Shown: one piece after another, positions 23,542-35,642 of the stretch
How the letters are laid out: each line of letters opens with the position of its first letter
Numbering within the stretch: position 1 is the first letter of the stretch
NCBI GenBank assembly: GCA_963727895.1
Contig: CAVSHT010000004.1
Location: forward strand, 96,001 to 160,000
Direction of reading: 5' to 3'
Length of the DNA: 64,000 nt
Source of the DNA: an uncultured Methanosarcinaceae archaeon
Lineage (GTDB): Archaea; Halobacteriota; Methanosarcinia; Methanosarcinales; Methanosarcinaceae
Position numbers and translations under genes: made by a program
The notes under the pieces: model-generated
The model's input: the letters and a program-made list of their open reading frames with translations, nothing else
Databases searched by the model: none
What the model was told of the DNA's origin: nothing

Positions 23542-24390
23542 ATGGCTTTCAATGAGGAATTAAATAGTGACTTAGAAGGAAATCATCAAGAAGAAGATCG
23601 AAAAAATAATCCATACAGTAACTCCTCCAGTGATTTTGCCAAAATCTTTAGCGCAGTAAAAAATTCTGAAAAAATAGAAATTCCACTTATCAAACTGACC
23701 GATGTCTGGAAAATTTATCAGATGGGAGAGATTGAGTTTGCAGCTCTTAAAGGAATAAACCTTGAAATTTATGAAGGAGAATTCCTTGTTGTTCTTGGGC
23801 CAAGCGGAAGCGGAAAAAGCACGCTCATGAACCTTCTGGGCTGTCTGGATTTGCCTTCAAAAGGTACTGTTTGTCTGAATTCAAAGGATATTTCAAAACT
23901 TAATGAGTCTGAACTTGCTAATATCAGAGGACAGATGATAGGATTCATTTTCCAGAGCTTTAACCTTATTCCAACTTTAAACACCTATGAAAACGTGCTT
24001 TTACCTCTGGAATTTCAGGAAGAAAATTCATATACAGCTCGAAAAAAAGCCTTATATCTACTTGATGTTATTGGGCTCTCGGAAAAAAATAAGAATCTTC
24101 TTTCTCAACTCTCAGGGGGACAGAGACAGAGAGTTGCAATAGCTCGTTCTCTTGCTGTGAATCCACCCATTATTCTGGCAGATGAACCTACAGGAAACCT
24201 TGATACAAAGACTGGAAACTACATTCTAGACTTCTTGAATGATTTACATGAAAGAGAAGGTAAGACAATTATTATTGTGACTCATGATCTGGATATTGTA
24301 AAATACGCTACAAGAGTTGTGTACATCAGAGATGGCGAGATAGAAAAAATCGAAAAACGAATGAAGATCGAATATGAGGGGTCAAAATGA
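23542..24390 (+). CDS. ABC transporter ATP-binding protein (LolD/MacB type); start uncertain
   Basis: [26 protein letters not shown]. Confidence 0.9.
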   Translation: MAFNEELNSDLEGNHQEEDRKNNPYSNSSSDFAKIFSAVKNSEKIEIPLIKLTDVWKIYQMGEIEFAALKGINLEIYEGEFLVVLGPSGSGKSTLMNLLGCLDLPSKGTVCLNSKDISKLNESELANIRGQMIGFIFQSFNLIPTLNTYENVLLPLEFQEENSYTARKKALYLLDVIGLSEKNKNLLSQLSGGQRQRVAIARSLAVNPPIILADEPTGNLDTKTGNYILDFLNDLHEREGKTIIIVTHDLDIVKYATRVVYIRDGEIEKIEKRMKIEYEGSK

Positions 24391-25775
24391 AAAAATTATC
24401 TCTACTAACATTTTTACTTTTGTTTTCAACTTTCCTTTTCCTTTGGGTCGGAACAGCATTTGGTGCTTCAAATGGGAATATAAATTCTGCAGATCTGCAG
24501 GTAAGTGTAACTAATCAAAACCCTGACACTGCTAGGCCTGGGGAACCTGTTGAACTTACTCTCAGCATTCAGAATATAGGAAATACTGACCTGAAAGACA
24601 TAAATGTTGCACTCAATCCAGAATATCCATTCAGCCAAATTTCTGGAGAAGACTTTGAAAAGGATATCTCTTTTCTAAATGCACGTCAGGAGGATGATGA
24701 AGCTGGAGTTCTGAAATTCAGACTTATGACCGATGCAAATGCTTCCGAAGGCACTTATAATCTCGATATTGTCACCACTTATAAAAGCTCAGGGTCTTCA
24801 GAAACTACTTACACCACTACAAAAACAATCCAGGTTCAAGTTCAAGGTAAAGAATACGCTCAGGTTGTAACTGTTAGCAAGGCTGATATTGACATAGCAA
24901 AGGAAGAACCTCTAGAGTTTGTTGTTACAAATACAGGAACTTCTCCCTTGAAAAATCTGGTTTTCTCCTGGAATGATCCAAAAGGCATTATTTTGCCTGT
25001 ATATTCAGATAACACAAAATACATTAAGTATCTAGATGTCGGCCAATCTGTAAAAGTTGACTATACTGTAATGGCAGACGTAAGTGCTACTCCCGGACTT
25101 TATCCCTTGAATGTAAATCTTTCATATGAAGACAATGAATCCAACGCAAAAATCATTAAGACTACAGCAGGCATTTTTGTAGGAGGAGCAACGGATTTTG
25201 ACGTTTCTTTCTCGGAAAGCAGTGCTGGAGAGACTTCTCTCTCAGTAGCAAACGTGGGTAATAACATAGCATATGCTGTAAAAGTTTCTATTCCCGATCA
25301 AGACGGATACCAAGTGTTAGGAAGTCCGTCAACAATTGTGGGAAATTTAGAGAAGGGAGATTATACAATTGCATCTTTTAATATCACAAACACATGGGAT
25401 GGAAATAGTAATTCAGGGACATCACTTGATACTGCAAATAAAAGGTATGCAGCAGGAGATAATGCAAGTTCATCTTCAATGAACTCAAATCCATTAAAAG
25501 TCCAGATTGAATATACAGATGCAAAAGGAGAAAGAATAACAGTTGACAAAGATGTAGTAATCCAGATGTCTGCATCTATGGGATTTGGCACTGGAGATGG
25601 GACAGGGACACGAGGTAACAGGAGCAGTGGTCTCAGTTCAAATCTGCTATATATTTTAGGAATAGTGATTGTAGGTGCAGGAGTTTTCCTGTATCGCAAA
25701 CGAAAAAAAGGAGCTAAAAAAGCTGATGGTAAAACATCCTTAGATGACTCCAGTTTAGGAATGTCAAAGTATTGA
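24387..25775 (+). CDS. COG1361 S-layer-domain protein with C-terminal TM anchor
   Basis: Signal peptide, NQNPD.ARPGE.VEL, C-terminal TM plus basic tail. Confidence 0.85.
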   Translation: MKKLSLLTFLLLFSTFLFLWVGTAFGASNGNINSADLQVSVTNQNPDTARPGEPVELTLSIQNIGNTDLKDINVALNPEYPFSQISGEDFEKDISFLNARQEDDEAGVLKFRLMTDANASEGTYNLDIVTTYKSSGSSETTYTTTKTIQVQVQGKEYAQVVTVSKADIDIAKEEPLEFVVTNTGTSPLKNLVFSWNDPKGIILPVYSDNTKYIKYLDVGQSVKVDYTVMADVSATPGLYPLNVNLSYEDNESNAKIIKTTAGIFVGGATDFDVSFSESSAGETSLSVANVGNNIAYAVKVSIPDQDGYQVLGSPSTIVGNLEKGDYTIASFNITNTWDGNSNSGTSLDTANKRYAAGDNASSSSMNSNPLKVQIEYTDAKGERITVDKDVVIQMSASMGFGTGDGTGTRGNRSSGLSSNLLYILGIVIVGAGVFLYRKRKKGAKKADGKTSLDDSSLGMSKY

Positions 25776-25809
25776 AAAGACAGAAAAACTGGAGGAATGC
25801 TCAATTAGA

Positions 25810-26123
25810 AATGGAACTTACTCAAAATTGGCTTTGAATATGCTCGTGCACAGCAAACTTAGAAGCTGGCTTACTATCATTGGAATCGTAATAGGAGTTG
25901 GCGCAGTAGTAGGAGGGATAGTCTCTCTGGGGGATGCTATGCAGGCACAGGTGCAAAGCAGGCTTGCAACCTTAGATTTAGCGCACATCACCATCTCACC
26001 AGGATATTCAAGAGCTCAAGCAGGAGGGTTTGGTGGATTTAGAAGAGGAACTACTACAAATGATGTTCAGTTGACAGATAAAGATATTGATGCGCTCCGT
26101 GGTATAGCAGATCTAAAATATAT
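25810..26123 (+). pseudogene. MacB/FtsX-type ABC permease, truncated by IS1
   Basis: RSWLTIIGIVIGV; homology to 32911..34149 stops at the IS1 end (26124). Confidence 0.85.
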
Positions 26124-26620
26124 GGTATTGTTACTTAAATATATCTAGTTCTTTATTTCTTTATTTCATCAATAGAAGAACCGAGTACTTTAGCATTTCA
26201 AGACTCTTCGTATAACACTTTGTCTTTCTTCTTAATCTTGCTAGAAAATGCCTCAATATGCTGTTATATCTCTCAACTGTAAATGTTTCTGCTTTTGATT
26301 GAGTATGAATCTTTTCTGGAAGAAACTCTGCATATGCTCTCCAGTGATCTGTCATCACTTCTCCAATGTCTTTTTTCTTCAATTTTTCCCAGAGTAGTTT
26401 TCCAGTTTCCGTTCCTCTGCTGCCAAAAGAGCAGTTGATGAACTTTTTCCCAACTCTATCAACAGCAATCCAGATCCAGCAATATTTTTTTTGTTACCGA
26501 CGTAAGTGTGCATCTCATCCATTTCAACAATAGATATCTCACTTTCACTTTTTAGGTTCTCTAACTCCTGACCAAATTTCTTTATCTATTTTTGGACAGA
26601 AACATGACTTACCCCTAAAA

Positions 26621-28150
26621 CGCACATGATATTCTTCGAATAACAAGCACAACTAATGAAAGTACTCTCCGTTCTTTTTTTTGACTATTAAGCCCTCATT
26701 ACCTTGGGCAGTAAGGTTGTCTCGATTTTGGTTTTTCAAAACCGTCCTAAAACTAATCAGTGAATTGCCATCGAAGGCTCAAGTGTGACTTTGATCACGG
26801 ATGCTAAGTTGGCCTTTTAGGCAATTCCACTGCCCAAATAAATTTGGTGATCTAATTTGATTGAAGTCATAAACAAAGCTTGTGGTTTAGACATTCACAA
26901 ACTCTTTTTCATTGCTACAATTCTCAGCAGATCTGGTGAAAAACAACAGCAACGTTTCAACAGAGACGATGAAGGAATTTTAGCCCCTAAAAATTGGGTA
27001 ATATCAGAAAAATGTGATGTTGTTGCATGTGAATCAACCAGCTACTTTTGGGTTCCGATTCATGATTCATTGGTAAAGCATCTAACTGTGATAGTTGGAA
27101 ATGCGCGAGATATGAAGGTATTTACCCATAAAAAACAGATAAAATTGACTCAGAAGTCATTGCACAACTTGCACTTAATAATATGATTCAGCCATCAAGA
27201 GTTTTTCCAAAGGATCATATAGATTTTAGATCATATGTTCGACTTCGGTTAACACTTGTACAAAAAAGAACAGATTTAAAAAATAAAGCTCACTCAATTC
27301 TTGCATCTGAAATTCAATTCTTGCATCTGAAATGCTACACCTGAATAATGTGCTGACAGACGTTTTTGGCAAGAATGGCAGAATGATCTTATTAGGAATC
27401 TCTTCAGGTAAGAGTGTTGATCAGATTATTGCAAGCCTCTCTCCAAATGTTCGGAAAAAAGCTGCTCAGATAAGAGAAATTCTTGATCGAGAAATTTCTC
27501 AAAGTGCTGCATTCAGACTTCAGATCTGTCTGAAACTCATAAAAAGTCTTGATGATGAACTCGAAGCTTTAGAAACAGAAATTTTCAATTATGCTTCTCG
27601 AAATCATAAGCGAGAAATGGAGATTTTAATGTCAGTTCCAGGTATAGGGGAACTTGGTGCGGCAATTTTACTTGCTGAAATAGGCAACTTTAAGGATTTT
27701 TCTTCTGGAAATAAGCTTGCTTCTTGGCTTGGTCTAGTTCCTAATGTGTATCAATCTGCAGATAAATACTATAACGGCAGAATCACAAAGAGGGGATCAA
27801 AAGTAGCAAGGTGGATTCTGACACAGATTGCTCAAGCAGCAGCAAGAAAGAAGAATAGCAGGTTAAAAGAGTTTTTTAACAGAAAAAAGAAGTCGATTGG
27901 ACATGCAAAAACAATTATTGCCTTAGCAAGGAAAATTGCAACGATACTATGGCATCTTATTACAAACGATGAGATGGACGAAGATGAAACCGGATATCAA
28001 AAGGGAGAAATCCAAAAGAGAAAGATTATTGAAACTGAGCTTTTTTCGGTTGATGAACGGATTAAAATAATTAGTGGAATATTTGCGATTATGGGGAAAA
28101 AGGATCAAGAGAGCACGTGAGGATAATCTCCTCATGTACTTTCATGCTAA
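26621..28150 (+). mobile_element. IS110-family element; recombinase broken by a frameshift (~27135) and a 20-bp tandem duplication (27294-27333)
   Basis: GLDIHK, CESTS, (K)TDKID, PGIG, GLVP..YQSA, ALARK motifs. Confidence 0.9.
26704..26837 (+). ncRNA. Candidate bridge RNA in the IS110 left non-coding end
   Basis: Nested stems; segments match the target (CGATTT, CCTAAAA) and donor (ATGCTAA) junctions. Confidence 0.6.
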
Positions 28151-28486
28151 ATCATCCTATTGAGCGAAAGCCCAATCCTTCAAGATAGAGTTGTAAAGCC
28201 TGTCTTTTTACAGAAGCGGAAAAAGCAGTTGATTTTAGCTCTACTGTATAGTTATATCCACAATCAGAGCATTTGTACCGTTGACGCCCGCCAACTATAC
28301 CATTCTTTTTGTGATTAGAACTATTACATTTTGGGCAGTTCATGAAGAAATAGAGGTTCTCATAATAAATAACTATAGTTAATTATCAAAGCCTTATTTT
28401 GCATATTTGTTATATTTCTATGAGAAGTATGTTTATCTATAAATAAATTAATATTAACTTGTTAACCAGTAGAAGAGGCGCATGAG

Positions 28487-30175
28487 TTGAAGATAACAAA
28501 GATAACTGCTTATGTGATTGTATTTTTGTTAATAGTATTAGCAGCACTAATTTGTATTAGAGGATTCGGCTTTTACTCTAATAGAAACAACTCAGAAATA
28601 AATAATAATTGCAATCAAGACACTCTTACTTTACTTTCACAGAATTATTCTGAAGTAAGTAACATTCCAAGCAATATTTTTATTGACAAAATTGAAAATG
28701 CTACTAATCCTAACAACTCACATTCGATGCTCTCTGGAAACGAGAAATCGGAAATCTTTTTAGATAATGTTTCAAAAGAGTTAGTATACGCAACTACAAG
28801 AAGTTCTAATGACTCGTCAACTCCAATAGCTAACCACGCAGCTGAAAGACTCAAGAATAAGTCTCTTTATATATGTAATTTTACTCCGATGTTTAAATGC
28901 ACATATGATATCTCTATGGGTATAAGCACAGACAATTCACTAAGTTATATAGAACTTTATAGTCCAGGGTCAAAGCTGGTAATCCGTGAAGTAAATAGCA
29001 ACACTGTATTGAAAAGTTATTTCCAAAATGTTTCAGGGAGTATGAAGTCTAAAACTATAACTATCGGTAATGCTGAGAAATCAAATTTAAAAATTATTTT
29101 TGATGGAGTGAACAAGACAAATACTATCGTCACAGAAAATGGCAACTATATAATTACACCATTTTATAAAATTGATAGACAAAAGTTGCCATATGTCGAT
29201 TTTTCAAATGGATATATCAAGTTTATATCTTTTATCGATGGAAATGGAAAATATCTTGATGTTAATTTATTCAGCATAAGCCAGAAAGCAAACCGTAAAT
29301 TAATAACTCCAATTGGAGATAGCAAAATGATTGCATATGGGCTTGACGGTCCTTATCCGAGAAATCTGACTGGACAGGGAATTAATTATCTTAATAGTAA
29401 AGGTGATAGTGGCACAATCTGGTTTGATGTGGGAAATATTGCTAAATGCAATCAAACAGATCTTGAATATTTACGGAATCTAGTTACTAATGATTCATGG
29501 GGAGTAGGTATACATTTCTCTAAAGGGCTAGGTACTCTTCCTCCTGATGAAGTTAATAAGACAATAGATACGGAATATGAATACGTTTATGAAAAAATAG
29601 GGAAAAAACCAACAAGTTGGTGCTCCTTGAGAAATAACGATAGTATAAGCCAGGCAATTTATGCATATGATAAATACGGAATGTACTGGAGAAATGGAGA
29701 TTCAGGAGTCGAGGCAGAAGAAATTATTGGGAATTTAGATGATGACACATGGCCTTGGTGGGAACTGGCATCTCATGCAGGAATGACTCATCCAGTTTTT
29801 ACACATCAAACAGACAAAGAGCCAGCTATAAAATATTCAATAAGTATATCGAAATTAAAGACCTGGGTAGATAATTATTATTCAAATAATATATCTATAG
29901 TACCATTTTATGAATACAGTCTAATAAATCGCAATACACATGATGCATATTTTGATAATATAAGATCTAACGAAACTTTTACCAAATTTGATGCACATAC
30001 AAATGGTTTCAGGTCTCTAATAAATGTGGCTATAAGTGCTGGAAATAATACAAAAGTTTATGACGATACAGTAGATAAATATTTAAATTTCAAGGTGGAA
30101 GCGGATAAATCAATTACTTTTTGGGTTGAAAACAATCATACTTATGATGTATACTGTTCTTTTACCTCAAAATAA
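28487..30175 (+). CDS. Membrane-anchored/secreted protein with a polysaccharide-deacetylase-like C-terminal domain
   Basis: N-terminal TM; YGLDGP, WGVGIHFS, PVFTH resemble NodB/CE4 motifs. Confidence 0.55.
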   Translation: MKITKITAYVIVFLLIVLAALICIRGFGFYSNRNNSEINNNCNQDTLTLLSQNYSEVSNIPSNIFIDKIENATNPNNSHSMLSGNEKSEIFLDNVSKELVYATTRSSNDSSTPIANHAAERLKNKSLYICNFTPMFKCTYDISMGISTDNSLSYIELYSPGSKLVIREVNSNTVLKSYFQNVSGSMKSKTITIGNAEKSNLKIIFDGVNKTNTIVTENGNYIITPFYKIDRQKLPYVDFSNGYIKFISFIDGNGKYLDVNLFSISQKANRKLITPIGDSKMIAYGLDGPYPRNLTGQGINYLNSKGDSGTIWFDVGNIAKCNQTDLEYLRNLVTNDSWGVGIHFSKGLGTLPPDEVNKTIDTEYEYVYEKIGKKPTSWCSLRNNDSISQAIYAYDKYGMYWRNGDSGVEAEEIIGNLDDDTWPWWELASHAGMTHPVFTHQTDKEPAIKYSISISKLKTWVDNYYSNNISIVPFYEYSLINRNTHDAYFDNIRSNETFTKFDAHTNGFRSLINVAISAGNNTKVYDDTVDKYLNFKVEADKSITFWVENNHTYDVYCSFTSK

Positions 30176-30814
30176 TTTTTATGGCTTTGATACTGAAATA
30201 TAGTTATTTATTATGAGAACCGGTTCCGTTGCAAAAAAATTATGAAAGGAATTTAGTGAAATAAGTAAAAAGTTAAGAGGGTGCCGTTGCAAAAAAATTA
30301 TGAAAGGAATTTACCTTGACTATGTCACATTACAAGGTAAAACGTTATCATTAGATCTCATATCCCAAGTATATTGTTCATAGTGAAATCGATAACTGCA
30401 ATGGAATAACTGTCTAATTTGACATAGTCGAGTTAAGTTTAAAAACTAATTTGAAAGCTTCATAATAAATAACTATAAAAAGTAGAATTTATATAATAAA
30501 AAAGATTGATGCTTTTTTAATAAATGTATGTTTATCAAATAATAATGAGCCTATCCGAAAAGTCAGTAATGCATGTTGAAATGTCACAATAGGTCTATAG
30601 CATCAAAGTATCCGTTCCGGTTTTTGAGTATTGCATATTGTAAAAGTCATAGCAAGTAACCACTTTTCGGATAGGCTCTTAGAGGACTTCTTCAGAGCCG
30701 TATTTTTGGTACTGTGTAGTCTATGGGGTCTGAGAAAACTTTTGGCATCCAGTAACATCTGTCAAAAGGGCAAATCCCATCAACTACACAGGACCTTAAC
30801 TTCTCTGTGTAGTT

Positions 30815-31084
30815 TTAGTACCAGGATGGTCCCATGTAGACTGTTTTGTATACATAGATAACAGTCCATTGGTTGTTCCTGAACTCTCTGTGGCCTACTC
30901 TGTGTTTTTCCCAGTGACCTGGATGAAAGTGTTTGTGGTCGTTGTCGAATTTCTTGTCATTGTCACCGAATTTCTTGATATCTTTATTTACTGTATTTGG
31001 TGTTGCGCCTACTGTTGCAGCTGTCACTGACATTACAAAACAGAGTGCCAGCAAAATACCGAGTATTTTTTTTATTCTTAACAT
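30815..31084 (-). CDS. Small secreted His/aromatic-rich protein (89 aa)
   Basis: Signal peptide KKILGILLALCFVMSVTAA; purine-rich RBS before ATG 31084. Confidence 0.65.
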   Translation of the reverse strand: MLRIKKILGILLALCFVMSVTAATVGATPNTVNKDIKKFGDNDKKFDNDHKHFHPGHWEKHRVGHREFRNNQWTVIYVYKTVYMGPSWY

Positions 31085-31685
31085 TTTTTTTCCTCTGAAA
31101 TATTTCAAAAAAACCTCCTTTTCTGCTGGTTGTTTATATAAAGTGTATAAACAATTTGTTGAAATCAAAGGTTTATCGAAATTCTTTTTATTGATCAATT
31201 TCGGACTATACAGATGAAATGAAAAATCAAATACAGCCACCTATAACTTTTGCGAGTTCAATTGCATAAATCCTATTTTGATCAACTTAGTCTTGTTGAT
31301 TCTATGTCAACAGTTCCTAAAGCAATTAGATAAAATATAATATTACTTATATACTCAAAAAAAGTATAATTTATTTTTAAATACGTTATTTGAGCTCTAA
31401 TTTCAAAAAAATCAGTAAATACTAAAATTAATTCTTTTTAGGGCAATTTTAGGCATTATTTACTAAAGAGGACGCAAATTTGCCTTTTATTTTTTATATA
31501 TTATTTATCAATTAATTATAAACCAAGCTATAAAAATTGAAAGTCTGAGAAATGAACTTACAAAACTTAAAGGATTGCAATTAAACCAAGATGACGAGTT
31601 AAATATAGGACCTACAAAGCATTTGATATCACTCTCCAAATAAAAGTTTTAAATGGGTCTACATTTAATAACTATGTACTTTTTG

Positions 31686-31906
31686 GGTTCTTTTGCAAAA
31701 AAATGGTTGGTTTACAGAGTAAGTAAAAAAAGTTACAATTAGATAAGTTAATTATTCTCATTACTAAGAAAAATGATAAATAAAAATGCCAATTATAGCT
31801 TCAAAGTGTAAGAGATGAATTTTTGCAACGAACCCTAAAATAATAAAGACTATTGGACTTATCTCAAAAGGACAATGGAATAGCCAAGATTTTTTGCAAC
31901 GGAACC
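31686..31906. mobile_element. IS6-derived MITE-like relic(s)
   Basis: One left-type and two right-type IS6 ends. Confidence 0.55.
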
Positions 31907-32207
31907 GATATATTCACTTAAAGTAATAACCGTGACTTGCGGCAAATTGAAAGATCTCATTGATTGCAGCTGTTATACTTTCGTTAGTCAGAGTAGTTAA
32001 TTCAGTACTTAGAAGAAGCTTCCTGAAAACTTTAATAGCAGTAGACACAAAAAATAAGGGCATTGTTAATTAAATATATCTAGTTCTTTATTTATGTATT
32101 TCAGAGACTTTTTAATATCTTCTGGAATTTCCAAAATTTACCATTAATTTCACTAGCAATTGGATGCAATCAATACAAGACCAGAAAATAATAAAAAGTC
32201 TCGAATT

Positions 32208-32459
32208 TTAAGACATGCTCTTAGAGTCATTAAAGTATGATCTTCTAGAAGTGTTGTTCCAATAAAGTCTTTCAGAACCATTCATATGTAGTCTATGGTG
32301 ATGTATAATATTACCATTTGTCGAATATTGATTATTTTTTGGTTCTGATGCCCTTTGAGTTGAATTTTGCGCACTCTGTGTTTTTTCAGTGCAGCCAGCA
32401 GAAAAAATAATGCAGGTAAAAACAAAAAATATTGCAACAATTTTCAATTTTGTATTCAC
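32208..32459 (-). CDS. Small putative lipoprotein
   Basis: Lipobox-like FSAGC after a hydrophobic stretch; GGAAGGT RBS. Confidence 0.6.
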   Translation of the reverse strand: MNTKLKIVAIFFVFTCIIFSAGCTEKTQSAQNSTQRASEPKNNQYSTNGNIIHHHRLHMNGSERLYWNNTSRRSYFNDSKSMS

Positions 32460-32910
32460 TGATTACACCTTCCAATTATTTGTTTATTCTATAATTAGAG
32501 ATAGTATTAATGAAACAATAGCTTGTTTTTATATTATTCATTGCTGGAATCTAATTTATTAATTATATTGAAGTGTATTTTGAAAAAATAGTAATTCAAT
32601 CGCTATAAATAAAAAGTATTTAACCAATATTCTTACTACTTTTTCGATAGCCTCTAGGCCAATTTCTTCTTGATTTTCTTATATATTCCTTAAGCCTACA
32701 TTTGAAAATATTTCTAGTAATATAGATCCAAATTTATTTTTTAAATTGTAAAGCTTATTTAAAATCATTTGATAGCTGTCTACCACAAAATTCCATTACA
32801 TTTTTACGATAAGCATAGACTTTTTTTCAAACAACCTGTCAAATTGTTTTTTCCTTTCAATATTCTAAAAGCTAGAAATTAAGAAAGGGACTGTTCCCTT
32901 TCTTTTCCAT

Positions 32911-34149
32911 TTATTCATATCTTAGTGCATCTACCGGTTTCAGTTTCGAGGCTCTATATGCGGGTACTACTCCAGAGATCACACCCATAAAGACAGCAAG
33001 AGCTAGCCCATAAACCATTAGTCTAGGAGAAAGTGATATACTTGTCCCGCCTCCTCCTCTCATCATTGTAACACCGATCATTGGAAATACAGCTGAAAGA
33101 AGAGCTCCTAAAATCACTCCAAAAACACCGCCAACAAAGCCTACCATTGCGGAATTAAACAGGAAAATCATAAGGATATCTCTATTTTTCGCCCCTATGG
33201 CTTTCATTGTCCCTATTTCTTTTGTTTTTTCAAGGACAGAAGTAAACATGGTGTTTGCAATTCCTACAGCTCCTACAATAAGCGATACAGCAGCAATTGC
33301 TCCCAAAAAGAGACTCATTGAATCTATCATACTGGTAACAGTACTAGCCATTGATGCTGTGGTGGTTACAGTAAAGTCTTGATCACTTGCTTTATTATCA
33401 TGCCTGGAGATCAAGAGCTTATTTACAATTGCTGTGTCTGCAGCATCTACAACAGCCGGACTCTGAGCTTCTACTTGAATGGAATCATACACATTTTTTT
33501 GCGCATCTGTAATCACGTTTACTGCAGCGTTTATGGGCATATATATCTGATTATCTTCACCTCCACCCTGTGATGTCAAAATTCCAATAACTCTTACGGA
33601 CTTTCCATCGACATCTATAATCTGGTTAATTCCAATGTCTTTTTTGTAGATTCCAGTAGCTACTCCACTTCCTATAACTGCAACATAATTATCTGCTGGT
33701 TCGAGTAGCCTTCCTGAATCCAGGGTAATAGTATTCATATACTTCCAAACTTGTGGATCTACTCCAGTAACAGAAAGAGAAGCGTTTTCTGAGTTGTAGC
33801 TTATATTTGTTTTACCAGAAATCTCACCAGTAATATATTTTAGATCTGGTATTCCACGAAGAGCATCAATATCTTTGTCTGTCAGCTGAACATCAGTTGT
33901 AGTAGTAGTTCCTCTTCCAAAACCACCACCGCCAAATCCCCTTTCTGAAGCTTTTGAGTATCCTGGCGATATCGTGATATGTGCTAAATCTAAGGTGGAA
34001 AGTCTACTCTGTACCTGTGCCTGCATGGAATCCCCAAGAGAGATTATTCCAACTACTGAACCAACTCCTATTACGATTCCAATGATAGTAAGCCAGCTTC
34101 TAAGTTTGCTGTGTACGAGCATGTTTAGAGCTAATTTTAAGTAAGTCAC
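32911..34149 (-). CDS. MacB/FtsX-type ABC permease
   Basis: VGAVGIANTM.TSVLEKTKEIGTMKAIGA, PVDALRYE. Confidence 0.95.
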   Translation of the reverse strand: MTYLKLALNMLVHSKLRSWLTIIGIVIGVGSVVGIISLGDSMQAQVQSRLSTLDLAHITISPGYSKASERGFGGGGFGRGTTTTTDVQLTDKDIDALRGIPDLKYITGEISGKTNISYNSENASLSVTGVDPQVWKYMNTITLDSGRLLEPADNYVAVIGSGVATGIYKKDIGINQIIDVDGKSVRVIGILTSQGGGEDNQIYMPINAAVNVITDAQKNVYDSIQVEAQSPAVVDAADTAIVNKLLISRHDNKASDQDFTVTTTASMASTVTSMIDSMSLFLGAIAAVSLIVGAVGIANTMFTSVLEKTKEIGTMKAIGAKNRDILMIFLFNSAMVGFVGGVFGVILGALLSAVFPMIGVTMMRGGGGTSISLSPRLMVYGLALAVFMGVISGVVPAYRASKLKPVDALRYE

Positions 34150-34184
34150 ATTTTTAATTGAGCATCCCTCCAGCTTTTTTCCTT

Positions 34185-35642
34185 TTAATACTTCGGAATT
34201 TCTAACTTGGAATCGTCCGAGGATGTTTTACCTTCAGATTTTTTAGCTCCTCGTTTTTGTCTACGGTACAGGAAGACTCCTGCGCCTACAATCACTATTA
34301 ACAAAATATAGGGTAGACTTGAACTGAAACCACCTCTCCTGTAACCTCGCGCTCCTGACCTGCCTCCAGTGTTAAATTCTGTAGATCCAGATGTCTGAAT
34401 TGCTACATCCTTGTCAACTGTTACTCTTTCTCCTTGTGCATCCGTGTACTCAATCTGGACTTTTAATGGTTTTGAATTCATTGAGGATGAATTTGCATTA
34501 TTTGCAGTATCAAGTGCTGTCCCTGAATTACCATCTCCAGCCTGTGTATTCGTGACATTAAAAGATGCAATTGTATAATCTCCCTTCTCCAGATTCCCAA
34601 CAATTGTTGAAGAACTTCCTAACACTTGGTATCCGTCTTGATCGGGAATAGAAACTTTCACAGCATATGCTATATTATTACCTACATTTGCTATTGAGAG
34701 AGAAGTATCTCCAGCATCGCTTTCCGAGAAGGATACATCGAAGTCAGTTGGTCCTCCTACAAAAATGCCTGCTGTAGTCTTAATGATTTTTGCGTTGGAT
34801 TCATTGTCTTCATATGAAAGATTTACATTCAAGGGATAAAGTCCGGGAGTAGCACTGACGTCTGCCATTACAGTATAGTCAACTTTTACAGATTGGCCGG
34901 CATCTAGATACTTAATGTATTTTGTGTTATCTGAATATACAGGCAAAATAATGCCTTTTGGATCATTCCAGGAGAAAACCAGATTTTTCAAGAGAGAAGT
35001 TCCTGTATTTGTAACAACAAACTCTAGAGGTTCTTCCTTTGCTATGTCAATATCAGCCTTGCTAACAGTTACAACCTGAGCGTATTCTTTACCTTGAACT
35101 TGAACCTGGATTGTTTTTGTAGTGGTGTAAGTAGTTTCTGAAGACCCTGAACTTTTATAAGTGGTGACAATATCGAGATTATAAGTGCCTTCGGAAGCAT
35201 TTGCATCGGTCATAAGTCTGAATTTCAGAACTCCAGCTTCATCATCCTCCTGACGTGCATTTAGAAAAGAGATATCCTTTTCAAAGTCTTCTCTAGAAAT
35301 TTGGCTGAATGGATATTCAGGGTTGACTTTAACACTAATATCTTGGAGATCATTGTTTCCTATATTCTGCACGCTGAGAGTAAGTTCGACAGGTTCTCCA
35401 GGCCTAGCAGGATCAGGATTTTGATTAGTCACACTCACCTGCACATCTGCAGAATTTATATTCCCATTTGATGCGCTGATTGTTGTTCCGGTTTCGGTAG
35501 TAGTAGAATATTGATTAGTTAGATTTGTCTTCACAGATGAAGAGTTTAGAGTCCCATTTGATGCACCAAGTGCTGTGCCAGCTCCTATGCATATGAAGAT
35601 TGAAAGCAACAACAAAAATGTTAATGAAGATAACTTTCTCAT
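34185..35642 (-). CDS. COG1361 S-layer-domain protein
   Basis: Paralog of 24387..25775. Confidence 0.85.
   Translation of the reverse strand: MRKLSSLTFLLLLSIFICIGAGTALGASNGTLNSSSVKTNLTNQYSTTTETGTTISASNGNINSADVQVSVTNQNPDPARPGEPVELTLSVQNIGNNDLQDISVKVNPEYPFSQISREDFEKDISFLNARQEDDEAGVLKFRLMTDANASEGTYNLDIVTTYKSSGSSETTYTTTKTIQVQVQGKEYAQVVTVSKADIDIAKEEPLEFVVTNTGTSLLKNLVFSWNDPKGIILPVYSDNTKYIKYLDAGQSVKVDYTVMADVSATPGLYPLNVNLSYEDNESNAKIIKTTAGIFVGGPTDFDVSFSESDAGDTSLSIANVGNNIAYAVKVSIPDQDGYQVLGSSSTIVGNLEKGDYTIASFNVTNTQAGDGNSGTALDTANNANSSSMNSKPLKVQIEYTDAQGERVTVDKDVAIQTSGSTEFNTGGRSGARGYRRGGFSSSLPYILLIVIVGAGVFLYRRQKRGAKKSEGKTSSDDSKLEIPKY

Larger units (their letters stand above)
26124..28393 (-). mobile_element. 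IS1-family element interrupted by IS110
   Basis: InsA Zn finger CPKC...CSDC at 28152-28343, InsB part at 26161-26620; ends GGTATTG/CAAAGCC. Confidence 0.9.
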
